Part shown: positions 1-13,129 of the stretch, one piece after another
Numbering within the stretch: the first letter of the stretch is position 1
How the letters are laid out: every line of letters starts with the position of its first letter
NCBI GenBank assembly: GCA_038087875.1
Contig: CM075989.1
Span: 20,212,001-20,276,000 of the forward strand
Direction: 5' to 3'
DNA length: 64,000 nucleotides
Source: Malacoraja senta
Taxonomy: Eukaryota
The notes under the pieces: generated by a model
Seen by the model: the letters and a program-made list of their open reading frames with translations, nothing else
What the model was told of the DNA's origin: nothing
The model's database searches: none
Made by a program: the position numbers and the translations under genes

Positions 1-879
1 TATCAAAAATGAAGTGAAGCGCGACATCTGTGGCAGGCTCTTTGTTAGCTGAAATAAACTCTCTGCGAGAGCACTATAACATTCAGGGTAAGAATAAAGC
101 ACTGTGTCCAGGTAGTTAGAATGCCTGTCATTAGCTTGTCTATTTGCTAGGCTTTTCATCTAAGTAAACTATTTAGATCCTTCTAATGGTAACCTGTCTG
201 AATTCACCTGGGAGATAGGTACTTGTGTGACCATTTTGGCACAGAGCTTAAGACTGTTGCTTTGATGATACATTTCAATGATGAACTGAGTCCCTTAACT
301 TCAAATAACCGAACAAAGGTTGATTCAAACAGGAATATTATATAATGTCCTAAAATTATCAATATCTCTTTATATTCCTAATTAAAAAAACTAAGCCAAG
401 TGTAGAATTTGACATTTAATAATGTATTCTTACCAATGTAAATGGTTAGTATAGCCCTTTGATTTAAAACTGGATAAATTCCAAGGTCAGGTATCAAGCT
501 TACTTTAAAGTAGATTACACTTATTGGTATTCGTAGACCTGTGCCACGTTACTTGTTGTGTGGTAAAACTTTAAAGGAATAAGATATCAAAGGAATGATA
601 CAAAAAAATATTCAATTTTAAGTTCGATATCAGTAATCATTTTGCGTTTTTAGTGGAAAGAATTACTAGCTATTAACAAAGAAAGTGGTTTATACAATAT
701 TAAAAATGAAGACATTTATTTTCATCGTCTGATGTGATCCTAATATTTCCATACCATCCCCCACTTCCTGTGCACGTTAAAATCTTAGATAATTTTGACT
801 TTATCAAAAATATGATAACACTCTGATAGTTCAGGGAAATAATTTTCAATTATAAATGATCAATTAACAACAGTTGTAT

Positions 880-1260
880 TGGTTTAGTATTGTCACGTGT
901 ACTGAGATGCAGTGAAAAGCTTTTGTTTGCATGCTGTCCAGTCAAATCTTACTATTCATGAGTGCAATCAAACTATACTTGAGGACAATCGGGTTGTACA
1001 CAAATACTACAGAGAAATGCCAGAGTACAGAATATATTTTTACAGCATTCTAGCATTGCACTTACAGAGAAAATGGCTAACGTCTGCAATGAGGTAGGTT
1101 GGGAGGACACCCTAGCCTATGAAAGGGACATTCAGTGGTCAGATAACAGTGGGGAAGTAGCTATTCCTGAATCTGGTGGTGCATGCATTAAAGCTTTTAT
1201 ACCTTCTAGTAACAGTAGAGTGGAAAAGAGGGAATGGCCATGGTGATAAAGGTGTACGTA
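880..1260 (-). mobile_element. LINE 3'-end fragment (Rex1/Babar-like)
   Basis: tttagtattgtcacgtgtactgagatgcagtgaaaagcttttg is the reverse complement of the 3' tail also seen at 19540-19730 and 58820-59000; family assignment from recall. Confidence 0.55.
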
Positions 1261-1882
1261 ATGCTATAGCAGCACGGTACCCATGAAGTTCTAATAAGCT
1301 TCCATAATCTGTTTATCATTAGCTACTGTCTTCACTACTTTGACAATTAGGATTTGGCACATTACATGAAGATCAAATTCATCTAAGCTGGCAGATCAAG
1401 TGCTAAATCATTGCTTCCGCATTGAAATGTTTGGAAAATAACTCAGATTGACCTTAAGTTGCAGGATTTTGATCCATAATTCAGTTTGATTACGTGGTCT
1501 GGTTCAGCAATCAATTTAGAATAGTGTTCTTACCCTGGTCCAAAAACTCAAAGTTGAACAATGCCATGAAAAAGCAGTGCTCCTTTGCTTTTGATTATTT
1601 GGCTGCAGAAAAAAATCACACTTTAGCAGGCAACGTTTTAACATCTGATGCTACAGAAAGATTTTAAGATATCTTGGAGATGTCACAAAAAAAGCACTAC
1701 TTTTCATTGTATATCTTGTGAAAAATTGTGCTGTGCATCTGTTATTCTCCACTTCCCTTCTCATTCCACCTTGCACCTGCCCCTAGAGTCAATTTCATCT
1801 GCAATCTCTTCATTCTGCGAATAACAAGAAAACGAGAAGGGACCTGCGTTGGAGGAGCTCAGCCAGGGGTCTTGTAGAGGGC

Positions 1883-2070
1883 AAAACACAAAGCGCTGGA
1901 GAAACTCAGCGGGCCAGGCAGCAGCTTAGAGACCCTTCAGGTCGGGAACCTTCTTCAGTCTGACCTGAAACGTCTATCTATTCCCACCAAACCTGCTGCC
2001 TGACCCATTGAGTTCCTCCAGCACTTAGTATTTTGCTGATGATTCCAACAACTGCAGTCTCTTGTGTCTC
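1883..2070. mobile_element. Penelope-derived fold-back element (degenerate)
   Basis: Inverted arms gctggagaaactcagcgggccaggcagca / tgctgcctgacccattgagttcctccagc around cttcttcagtctga. Confidence 0.65.
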
Positions 2071-3062
2071 CGGCTTGTAGAAGGCATTGGGCCTGGCACA
2101 GTACAGCCACAATACACACCTTTGGGTACAGCAAGTTCTAATCTTGCATGGTGACCGGACTCCACCAGCTCAGTCCTATATTGGAATAGAACCTACGCCT
2201 AGCCTTTTGTGCTTCTGGATTTTGATTTGAACCCCTGACCTCTTGACTTGGAGTTGTGTGTGCTAGCAACATTACTGCAGCTGATACCTGACAAGGCGAC
2301 CTGGTAATCTGCTGTATCCAGGCTCCTCACTCTCTGACTTACTACTAAAATACTTTTCAGTCTGGAAGCAGCCTTGTATTTTTCCTGGAGAATGCTACTT
2401 GGACTTGCATTCAATGGATCATATGTTTAAATATTACGGAAGAAGCCATTTTCTTGCATAATGTCCGACTTCCATTATAATAACTTGATATTCTATTTTT
2501 CTTTTGAAATTATGTTGGGGAGAAAAAAGATTTGAAAAAGTTACAGCGTGGAGATAATTCTGCGGGAAAGAGTTATTTTAGTTTTTTTACTTTTGTAGAA
2601 ACAGGTGGACCCAATAGGATAATTTCTTTGGCTTGAAACGGACTTTAGATTCCAATGGCTTATGTTTGGAGCTGAAATTATCATTGCTGTCTGCAAGCGA
2701 TTGTGGAGAAATGATTCATGCTCCCGACATGTTCTAGAAACATACCGGGAGATGATTGTTTTTCTGTTGTGCCTGAAGGAGAATTCCTACAAAGTCATTA
2801 ATTTATATCTAGGTCTGATGCTTCACTGCTTGTCATTTTCTAAAACTTTGTGTTGAATTCGAGCTGGACCAATAAAATGTCTTTGATTTAAGCAGTGCTG
2901 TTTTTTTGTAGACCAAATGTGCACGATTAATAAACCAGCCTGTCACATGGTGGGAAAATTAAATAATGATGTTTAGTTTTTTGGAGGTGCCGCAACGCCG
3001 TTCCAATGCATACAAACACAAAACAAGCGGAGAAATTGTGAAACAATTTGGAGCAGCATAGA

Positions 3063-3347
3063 GGCGCAGCACAGCACCAGAGACCCGGGTTTTATCCTGT
3101 GTACGGGTGCTGTCTGTGCAGAGTTTGTACATCCTCCCTGTTACCACATGGATTTTCTCCGGGTGCTCCGGTTTCCTTCACATTCCAAAGACGTGCAGGT
3201 TTGCAGGTTAATTGGCTTCTGTAAATTGCCCCCTAGTGTATAGGATGTGAAAGTGGGATAACATAGAACATGTGTATGGGTGATTGATGGTCAGCATGGG
3301 CTCGGTGGGCCGAAGTGCTTGTTTCCACACTGAATCTCTAAAACTAA
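3063..3347 (+). mobile_element. tRNA-derived V-SINE (HE1-like)
   Basis: V-domain gagtttgtac...ttctccgggtgctccggtttcc...ccaaagacgtgcaggtt; CR1-like tail gggccgaag...ctctaaaactaa. Confidence 0.85.
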
Positions 3348-3779
3348 TATACAGAGTTTCTCTCTGTGAAGCGTCAATAATTTTGAGGTAATCATTTTTG
3401 CTATTAGCTTTACAGCATTCTTTAAACTTTTATCATTATTGTGTTATGATAAAAGCTATAATCATCTAATGGATAATCTTGTATCCAATGGCAGTAACTT
3501 TTAAAGATGTATAAACTCTGGTTCCATTACTCCATCGCTGAGTTTGGTTACATTTTCCTACAGTCGAAAGCCAATATGAACTCATCATCTTTGGTATCTG
3601 GAATCTTGTGGCTATATTTTCAGCTCCACATGTGATCCATTATAGTTACAAAGAAGATATTAATTATGATTTGCTGCAACTGTCCAAAGCCGAACACACT
3701 CTACAATGTTTATTAGTAACGAGGATAGACCGAAGGATTATTTTTATTTGGTTGCTATGTGGATGGTCCTAACATGGCA

Positions 3780-4095
3780 ACATTTATTGTCTATTACCAG
3801 TTGGCCTAAGAGGGCATCTATTGGGCTTTTGAACTGTACCACAAGATGACTTGCTATTTCACTTCAGAGTATCATGGTTTAACCATCGATGGTGTAAAAC
3901 ACAATCATATGCAGCTAGATGAAATCAACATGGTAAATCAGTATCCTTGAAGGAAATTGCTGAATGTATTGGCCGTTGTAATTGATTTTTCATTTATTAT
4001 CTTGGTGCCATTCATAAATAGCCAGATTTATTGAAATTGATTTGCAAGTTGGCATGATGGATTTTGGTATTAGTGCCTCTGGATTACGAGTCCAA
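3780..4095 (-). mobile_element. Old SacSINE1-like SINE
   Basis: Degenerate match to the recalled chondrichthyan SINE, ending ...gcctctggattacgagtcca; related copies at 38130 and 48860. Confidence 0.45.
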
Positions 4096-4810
4096 TTTGT
4101 CAATCTGAACCTGGAGTCACACAATCACATTGCATTTCACTAGCTTCATCTTCACACGTTTATTTTTGTATTATGTTGGCAACATTCTGATAGTTAAGGG
4201 TAATTCAGAAATCCTTTTGCCCACTAATCATTGTTCTGAATTTGCACTTTAAATGTGGGTATTCCTGATCAATAGTTTGGATTGGATGTTGTTTATCAAG
4301 AATCTGAAAATCTTGCTGTTCAGACAAATACCAGGTTCTATCATACTCATGTATGCCAAATAATAGATTAGATTACCAATAATAAAAGTTGCCTTTGGAA
4401 TGACAATGTCATTGCTAGTTTGTCTGGATTATTTAACGTGTATGCCCCCCCAGTGGTCTTCCCATGTGAAATAAAACATTTTAAAACGCTGACCAAGTGC
4501 AGATGTTTTTTTTCATCTGTTATTTCTGGTCTCGACAACATGAAATGGTGGCATACTTGGCTAGTGTTATAAACACCATAAATGCATCACATGTCAAAGT
4601 TCTAGGAGCGACAGTATGGCTTTGATTTGCGTCAAATGAATCCTAGTTTTAAATCTGTAGATTAAAGCCTATTTCGGATCATGCTTTGAAGATAGACATG
4701 TACAGGTTTCTTTTCAGCTTACATCCTGGAGACAGGTACCAGCCTTTGGTGACAGGAATCTACAGAATGACCTGCTATGTTTATGTTAGATCTGAAACTC
4801 TTAATTTTAC

Positions 4811-5106
4811 GTTTAGTTTAATTCCGAGATGCAGCATGGAAACAGGACCTTTGGCCCACCAATTCTGTACTGACCGATTACCCACACACTAGCTCTATCC
4901 CACACACACTAGAGACAATTTCCCAAAGACAATTAACCTACAAACTTGCACGTCTTTGGAATATGGGAGGAAACCGGAGCACCCGGAGAAAACCCACAAG
5001 GGCACAGGGAGAACGTACAAACTATGTACAGTCAGCACCCGTAGTCGGGATTGAACCCAGGCCTCTGGCGCTGTATGGCAGTGACTCTACTGCTGCACCA
5101 CTGTGG
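4811..5106 (-). mobile_element. V-SINE (HE1-like)
   Basis: Reverse complement of the same family; (tttag)n tail at left. Confidence 0.85.
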
Positions 5107-5666
5107 CGCTGTACCTCCAGAAAACATATCCTGAAACATGCATATATGCTAAATTATGAATTATCCCTCTGCTGTTAATATACCCTCTTAATTCTGAATG
5201 TTGTTATAATCTGGTTCTGCAAACGTTTTGGAGAATGGGTCCCATGAGATAAACCAGTGTGTTGTTGTTCAGACCATGGTACTAGAGTCTAGGATGTCAA
5301 TACTAATGGGCTATTTACTTTTTTTTAATTCAAATTATAAAAGATCAATACATTTAAAGATAATTGATTTATAACTTTTATTAAAATCAGTGAGCTAAGA
5401 TTTCCTCAGGCCAGACTTTGATGAACGTATTTGTGATTTTTATTCCTCCCTACACTCTAAATTCACCATGCACCTTGTTTCATCTCTACCTTCAAAAAAA
5501 CCTCCTAATCTTCAACAATATCTTCAGATCCATTGTAATTCTGTTCCCATTTGTTATTTTCTTTTTCTCCACCCGAGGCTATATGTAGCAATCTGTGACA
5601 CCTCGCGGGAACACTATAGAAATGTAAGTCTTCTGATCTTTTCATTATATTATTGCTTTTGTTTCT

Positions 5667-5741
5667 GGGGAAGGAGAGCAGTGGGGGGGAGGAGCGGAGG
5701 GGAGGGGAGGGGGGTGGGGAAGAGGAGCAGAGGGGGGTGGG
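5667..5741 (+). repeat. G-rich purine tract (G-quadruplex-capable)
   Basis: At least seven runs of 3 or more G: gtgggggggaggagcggaggggaggggaggggggtggggaag... Confidence 0.6.
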
Positions 5742-6461
5742 AGAGACAGAGTGAATTTCTTTTTGAATTACCAATTTTAAAAAGTCATTCAGTAACTTGC
5801 TCTGTTTGCATGATCTTGTCGCTTCATGAGAGGCAGGAGCTGTGATGGTAACGGTTTGTTACCAAAGAGCGGTCAGTCTCCTCTCCACTATTTACATTGA
5901 ATAATTTAACTTCTTGATTGTTTTAAACATGGAGCGTTCAAAAATCAAAGAATGCAAAGTCGGGCACTTTAGTGAGGATGGATATCTTGGTGGTATCCTG
6001 CACGTTTACCTAACCTACCGAAATTTCCGTAGCAAGAGGACTATTTGTGAATGGTGCACGAAATAAGGAATGCAAAAGCAATTTCAAGTACCATTGTATA
6101 TTTATTTATTTATTCCCTTCAAGGACGAATATATTCCATTTTGATCTATTTTGACTACACATGATTGTATTTTGCATTAGGTGTTTAAATAATGGTACTC
6201 GGGGTGGAATAGCCAGTCATTTTGTTGTACAGTTTAGAAGCCTTATGGATATCCTCTGAGGACAATTGGTAATAGACGATAAATGTTGCCACATTAGGAC
6301 CATCCAGATATCCAACGCTTTGGTCCATCCTTGTATGAGTAAGCAACTTAAAGTCTCGTTAGCCTTTGGACAGTTGGAGTATATAATCATTTTTGTTGTT
6401 GTCAATATAATGGTTGAATATCATGATGATTTATCAAATCTATACCCATGTCCCTGAGGAA

Positions 6462-6595
6462 TGTCTGAAGAAGGGTCCCAACTTGAAATATCACCCATTC
6501 CTTCTCTCCAGAAATGCTGCCTGTCCCGCTGAGTTACTCCAGTTTTTTGTGCCTATGCTGCCTGGCCTGCCGAGTTACTCCAGCACTGTTTGTTT
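6462..6595 (+). mobile_element. Penelope-derived element with degenerate hammerhead core
   Basis: gtctgaagaagggtcccaacttgaaatatcacccattccttctctccag...gagttactccag. Confidence 0.7.
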
Positions 6596-6769
6596 TACCC
6601 ATGTTTTTTGTAGCTCACATCCACAGGAAACATTGATCACTGTGCAGAAGGGTATGATATTTCTTCATGGAATGCAATGGCTAACCACACGGCCAGATGG
6701 TGTTGGGGACGGAGCTTAATTGACTTTGACTGAAAAGCTGGGACAAGTTACAAATCATTACTAGATACT

Positions 6770-6931
6770 AGGCGACCTACTTGAGGCCACGAGTATGCGG
6801 AGACCACTCACGAGCATGAGGAAGAGTTACGAAGACCTCCTACAACCCTGTGGCAGCCATGCTGCGAGTATGAGTCAAGGGCAAACTCGGCAGAGGTCGC
6901 AAATTAGGTTGTGAAAGTGGGACAGGGGCTT
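6770..6931. mobile_element. Partial PIF/Harbinger MITE (right half)
   Basis: Close match to 53780-53917 (ccatgctgcgagtatgagtcaagggcaaactcggcagaggtc...gaaagtgggacagggg). Confidence 0.7.
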
Positions 6932-7609
6932 CACTAACACTGACTGTTCTTCGCCATTTCCCATTGTCTCCACAAGTGAAAATCTATTAAAATAAGAATT
7001 TAAAAGCAAGATAAATTTATTGTTGGAAATATCAATGAGGGCTACAGTAGGCAACTTAAGATTTCATCGCTGCTTAAAACAGAATTGAAATATTTGGGAG
7101 GAATTCCAATTTAACACTAATGCCAATTTCTAGGCAATTGTGTGGCTGTGGAGAAATGGATAATTTCAATTATTCTATTTCCTGAGAGAAGTTAGTTTTT
7201 TAAATAGCACATTTCCTGGTCTCAGTGCACATTTACTGAATTGAATTTCGGGACATTCCTCTAGATGTGAGCTCGTGCCCTCTGGATTATTAGATTGTAA
7301 TTTTTTTACCATTAAGATAATTTTATCAGAGTTTGTTTTTTAACGTATACGCTTCACTGAAAATACTATATTCTATTGTATCAAAATCACAGTGGTCATT
7401 ATCACTATTCCGCAACTTTTTAAGCAGCTCCGTTTCCCTCAGTGGTTAATCTTCACTCTAAGCTGACAAAGCTTCATACAAATACTCTCAAATACATTCC
7501 AAGGGCAAGCATGTACCACGTCAGGTGGGATCTATTTGTTACACTGGGGGAAAACAGAGATTTGAGTTCCTTTCAATGGTGAATGAGTTCTATGCTAGCA
7601 GCGTAAATG

Positions 7610-7842
7610 GATGTTCACACAGAGGATGGTGGGTGTATGGAATGATTTGCCAGAGGAGGTTGTTGAGACAGATACTCTAACAACATTTAAAAGACATTTG
7701 GAAAGGTACATGGAGTTGAAGCTTTATTGGGATATGGGCCAAAACGCGGGTAGGTGGGACAAGTGTAGACGGAGCATCTTGGTCGTCATGGACGAGTTAG
7801 GTTTGCAGGACCTGTTTCCACGTTGTAGGACTATGACTCTAT
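7610..7842 (+). mobile_element. CR1 (HER1-like) LINE 3' fragment
   Basis: Encodes FTQRMVGVWNDLPEEVVE...TFKRHLERYM (CR1 ORF2 C-terminus) and ends in a gactatgactcta tail. Confidence 0.85.
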
Positions 7843-9076
7843 GGCAATATAATTACGTCTCATCAAGGTTGTTTCTCACCACAGGACAGTATAATGTACA
7901 CTCGCGATGATTTAAAAAAAATGTTCCGTTACTAATGGTCAACTAGAATATTGATCGCCATCACTACTAGAGACTGTGAAGATGTCAATTCATGATACAA
8001 ATCCAATTAGTTAATTAATGTCTTTAAAGGAAGGAAATTTGATGTCCTAAGCCAAGTTTGAAAGATTCAAACTGGTTTAATATTGTGTTTAAAAGACAAA
8101 GTTTTAATTTCCAATTCGCAACTATTATTTTCCAGAAAATAATAGATGGCTGAAAAGAGGGGAGATATTTTCTCAGGTTCTTTCTATGTTAATTTATGTT
8201 TCTCTATTGTATAATTGATGCCATATAACTTTGAGTTTTTTATGACAACTTCAAGAACTAAGTGCTCAGGATTTATGACTGAATGATCAACTATTTTACC
8301 AAAGTGCACACATAATGAGTCTTTCAGAGTTAATTTGGATATTTTGGATCCCCATTCCAGAAAAATAGCCCTGAACGTTAGGATCCAAGTATATTTTGCT
8401 CAGAGTATTGCAATCAAAGCAAAATCTGAAAAGAACATTTCATCCATCCAGAGATTAATCCAAATTCTACATTTATTAGTGAAGCATTAAGAGTAATGTA
8501 CAGGTATTGGTTCTTTAGATCTCCATTATGCCTCCTCATTTCTCCTAATCAACCTTGATATTTCTCAAGTCAGCCAATTACTTGCACACACTTTTTTAAT
8601 ATTACTCCTCCACCGCCACTCTCATGCATCCCAATGTCACAAGTTCGTGAGTGGTTCCATATTTTTTTAAATGATAAACAATCAACATAAACCAAAACAA
8701 AATATTAAATCAGGAAATAGTCTGTTTCCTGGTGCTTACGTTGGAGATAATGGTAGAGGCAGGGCAGCCATTAGGAGCAGCTGCTAAGAATAAGAAAAAT
8801 ATTTCCTAATAGACCTTTCCCAGAAATTACTACGATGTTATTTTTTAAACTTTTAACCATCTATAAATTTTCTGAGCAGGACTCATTCTGTGCAATTGGG
8901 AGACCCCCAATTGCCAAGCCTATATGTGATGATTAAAATATGCCTCGTGTTTCCCTTTGAGAAAGAGAATTAAAGCAAAAGAGGTGAAACAGCAAAAAAG
9001 AACATCTTATAATTCAGCACAAGTAACCAATCTTTCAAATTCGAAGAATCACTGTTCATATTTTTCTCTCTCCCAG

Positions 9077-9177
9077 CTTCATTACAGTTCAGATACAACA
9101 TGGACGACTTAGTACCAGATGTTTGCAATACGGAAAAGGAACTACCACCTCGAAAAGTCCTGCTTCCTGTGATTGAG
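9077..9177 (+). CDS. FAM227B: FAM227B-like internal exon (101 nt, phase 1 to 0)
   Basis: Strong acceptor tttttctctctcccag and donor GAG|gtacat; open frame xSLQFRYNMDDLVPDVCNTEKELPPRKVLLPVIE joins the 12774 exon in frame; sequence similarity is weak. Confidence 0.6.
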
Positions 9178-9734
9178 GTACATTCACTGTTTACGGAGCC
9201 TTTCTTGAACAGTAGGGCTTTGTGGATAAAGGGCCAGTGAGGGCAGGGCAGAGTTGTTGTGGCAGGGGACGAGTTCCAACCTACTGGCATCTGAGTGAAC
9301 ATCAAGTCAAAAGGTGGAACATTAAGATACTGGCAAGTTCAGGATGCTGTGTGAAAGCCCACATGTTACGCATGTAACACAAGATAAAAAGGAGAGAAAT
9401 CTGGCATACAAAACATTTTGCTTTGTAAAACAAAACAATATATATTCTGTTAGCAACATTGGACAACACCGATACTTGTCTGTGTTGCTATTTATGTGAG
9501 GGTAGAGGGTGGCAGTGGAGTTCAAAACTATGAAGACTTAATTTTGTGGTGGATTTCATTGCAAGGACTAATCCCTCCTCTTATGAAACCCATTGTACAA
9601 AATATAATAAGAAATAAGCAAAATATTTTTGGTTACAGGTTTGTTCAGCACTCATTTAAAAATAGGCCTTTGAGATTTCCAGCCTACCTTTGGATTTGTG
9701 CATATTCTGTATACTGTTTATCTGCTGAAATAGA

Positions 9735-10270
9735 TAAAATTGTGAGAGTCATAGACGGGTTAGACAGTCAGAACCTTTTTCTCTGTTTGGAAAAATTAAA
9801 TACTAGAGGGCACAGCTTTAAGGTGAGAGGTGAAAAGTTGTATCCTTTGACAGCCGCCTTCATGGTCTGCAACTCCACAAATTTTGATATCGTCTGCAAA
9901 CTTAGTAATCAACCCATCTACATTCATATCAAGCAATGAGGTACCAGTGCTGATCCCTGCAGAACACCACTGGACATAGACCTCCAGCCAGAACAATATC
10001 CTACCACCACTGTCCTGTACGCTATGTCGAAGCCAGTTCTGAATACAACTGCCATGTCACCTATACATCTTAATCTTCTGGATCACCTACCATGAGGGAA
10101 CCAACTGCCATGCTGACCCTTGTGTAGACAACATCTACTGCCTACTCTCATTGATCACCTCTGTCATTGTCTCAAAAAAAGAATTGAGTTTGCAAGACAT
10201 GAACCGCCCTGCATAAAGTTATTCTGACTGTCCCTAATTAGCCTTTTTTCACCTAAATGTGAGTAAAACC
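9735..10270. mobile_element. CR1 LINE fragments in opposite orientations (+ 9735-9838; - 9840-10270 RT region)
   Basis: + strand: LDSQNLF...TRGHSFKVRG; - strand: GLITKFADDIKICGVADHEGGCQRIQ (RT FADD motif). Confidence 0.8.
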
Positions 10271-10405
10271 TATGTTGGGTTTCCAGCATCTAGAGTTTAT
10301 TGATTTCCATTGTGATAAAAGCATGCCATTTCCGTGTATTGACAACACCATGTCAGCCAGTGAGTCGGAAGTGGTTGTTGTGAGACATTATAGAACTAAC
10401 AGCAA

Positions 10406-11004
10406 GTACAGTGGCGCAATGGTAGAGCTGCTGCCTCACAGCGTCAGAGACACAAGTTCAATCCTGACTACGGGTGCTGTCTTATAGTTTAGTTTGGAGA
10501 TACAGCGCGGAAACAGGCATTTCAGCCCACTAGGTCCGCTCCGACCAGCAATCTCCGCACATTAATACTAGGGACAATTTTTACATTTACCAAGCCAATT
10601 AACCTACATACCTGTACGTCTTTAGTGTGGGAGGAAACGGAAGATCTCGGAGAAAACCCACACAGGTCACGGGGAAAACGTACAAACTCTATACAGACAG
10701 CACCTGTAGTCAGGATCGAACCTGGGTCTCCGGCGCTGCATTCGCTGTAAGGCAGCAACTCTACCGCTGCGCCACCGTGTCTGTCCGTTGTTTGTACGTT
10801 CTCCCCTGTAATCATTTGATTTTTCTCTGGGTGCTCTGGTTTCCTCCCACATTCCAAAGACGTGCAGGTTTGTAGGTTAATTGACTTCTGTAAATTGCCT
10901 CTAGTGTGTAGGATGTGAAAGCGGGATTACACAGAGCTAGTGATCGATGGTCGGTGTGGACACGAACGGACTGTTTCATACTGTATCTCTAAACTAAAGC
11001 AAAC
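10406..11004 (+). mobile_element. V-SINE interrupted by a second V-SINE
   Basis: tRNA head gtggcgcaatggtagagctgctgcc at 10411; body resumes at about 10780. Confidence 0.8.
10485..10779 (-). mobile_element. Full-length V-SINE nested antisense in another V-SINE
   Basis: Complete reverse-complement copy from (tttag) tail to ...ctaccgctgcgccaccgtg. Confidence 0.85.
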
Positions 11005-11730
11005 CATCCATTGTTTAGCAACTTTAATTTACACAGAGTGGAAACAAATGGAAATTCCAGGAACTTCTGTAAGTAGCAAGTGTAACCTCTTCAGTAAAAT
11101 GCAATATGGAGGATAGTTGCAGAGGAATAATGATATAAAGCAACTGGGAATGCAGCAAATGCCAGAACTGAGGGAGGAAAAAAGAGATCTCAGCGAGTCA
11201 TACAGCTGGAACAGTTTACAGTGAAAGACAAGTGCCCTGGTAGTTCCCAGCCTTCTCTTAAAATTACCTGAACAGGCATTGTTGAATATTATGTCTGAAA
11301 GACAACCTTAAACAAAGTGGCATGCTTCCAATGGAAAAACCTGGAACACCTCAGCGGTTAGGTAACCTCTAAAAGAGAAATTAAAATGAGTGGAGCAGAT
11401 CTTGCTGGTCTGGTCTTCCCACCTTGGATCACCACTCATGGTCACTCCATGCCCCTATTTCAGTCTACCTGGCTGGCCCACCCTGATGGCTCAAAGCAAG
11501 ACTCCAGTGGCACAACCTACTCTCAGTCATACACACTCCGTCCCTGAATCTGCCCTGAAATGTTTACAGTCCTGGAAAGGCTTTAAAGCTTTCAGAATCA
11601 TTTAATAGCTTTGTAGATCAAGGGCAATTAAAATTGAATACTTGAATATGTATAATTATCACAAATATTTTAAAAAGTAGTCATTAAAAATCATTGAGAA
11701 TAAAAGCGTGTAAGTAAACAGAAATAATTT

Positions 11731-11990
11731 CTGAACAAGGGTCCTCAACCCGAAATGTCTCCTATCCATGTTCTCCAGGGTTGCCGTCCAACCCATTGAG
11801 TTACTCCAGCTCTGTTTGCCTTTTTTTAGAAACAAAGAACTGCAGTTGCTGCTTTATACCAACGATAGACACAAAGTGCCTGAGTAACTCAGCGGGTCAG
11901 GTTTGGGTCAGGATCCAAAATATCACCCATCCTTTTTCTCCAGAAATGCTGCCTGTCCAGCTGAGTTACTCCAGCATTTTGTGCCTATCA
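11731..11990. mobile_element. Penelope-derived composite element
   Basis: ctgaacaagggtcctcaacccgaaatgtc..., then gagtaactcagcgggtcagg / cctgtccagctgagttactccagc inverted arms. Confidence 0.65.
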
Positions 11991-12773
11991 CAGGGGAAAG
12001 ATATTCTTGTGTTTGATTCAGTCTGTGCCTATCACAGCGAAATAGCTGATAATATGAATGAGATGTGTTCTTGCGGTCATTAAATATGTTCCACCATTCT
12101 ACAGCCAGGTCTTTGGGGCAACTCCCTCACAATTAACCTCTTTGACAACCTCCTATTGGTACGTCATGTTCAGATCAAGAGGGGTTCATCAGTGTACAGG
12201 GCCACTCCTCTGGCCTCCCCACCTCTTTAACACAGATTTAAAAAACAGCAAGTGAGGTGGCCACTGCTTTGTTTAGCTTGAGGTGGATGCCTCAAGGTAA
12301 CTTTGCAATGCCCTCCAACAGCAATCACCAACATCTTAAAGAGCTTGGTGATAACTGTGCCAGTTACATGCAGCTGGGGTTAGAAATTCTGCAATTATCA
12401 GCAATGGCAGAAATTGTGATATTTAAAATCTGCAATCATTCCAGAAAGACGTGAACATGAGATTTTGGACACAAGATTCATGGGCCAATTTATCAGTGGA
12501 ACAAGCTGACTTCGGTTTTCTATCACCTCTGACACTTATGACATTTATATCACCATTTCAGTGAGCGATTTCTAGTCTGGGAACTCTTATATAAGGTTCA
12601 CAATGGAGTTTAAGCAGAATTTAACCAACATAAAGAATATCATTTGTTTTTACAGTGATGCACTGTTTGTTAAACTGAAAGGTCCTCCAATACCGTAATT
12701 TCCTGAAAAGAAACAAAAACCACTAAATGGTGTATATTAATGAACTAGTAATATTCACTCTTTGCCTTTACAG

Positions 12774-12934
12774 TCATCCTACGCTGGCAGAGGCCCGGAA
12801 TTCAAACGCATTCGCCTCAGGCTTTCTGGTCGGAGCCCCCTGGTCGCACACTTCCTCAACATGAAAAAGGTGCAGGGTAGAAGTTTGGGCACCATCGGAC
12901 CAACACTGAAACACAAGGAAATTTCCAAACAGCC
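12774..12934 (+). CDS. FAM227B: FAM227B-like exon (161 nt) ending at a U12 AT donor
   Basis: Acceptor tttgcctttacag; SSYAGRGPEFKRIRLRLSGRSPLVAHFLNMKK... resembles recalled human FAM227B SHYSSTGPEFNRVLFNFGGQSPLILYYLKM; followed by ATATCCTTT. Confidence 0.85.
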
Positions 12935-13129
12935 ATATCCTTTCATTGTATCGAGTCAGAATGTCTTTCTAACAAAATATTGCCTTTAACACAAATCGCG
13001 TGGAAAGTTCAATTTTATGCACTAGTAATATTGGGCTAAGTTGGGCAAAATCTGATGATCAAAGTTGTTAAAAAAAAAAAAGCAATTCAAAAGGATTTAT
13101 TCTTTTATAATTACTAAAAACAAAGTTAC

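Noticed and set aside
6217-6457. Short ORFs considered as possible FGF7 exons
   Set aside because: No FGF-like sequence in either translation
9496-9939. Longest ORF in the track (147 aa)
   Set aside because: Chance read-through into a CR1 fragment; not a gene
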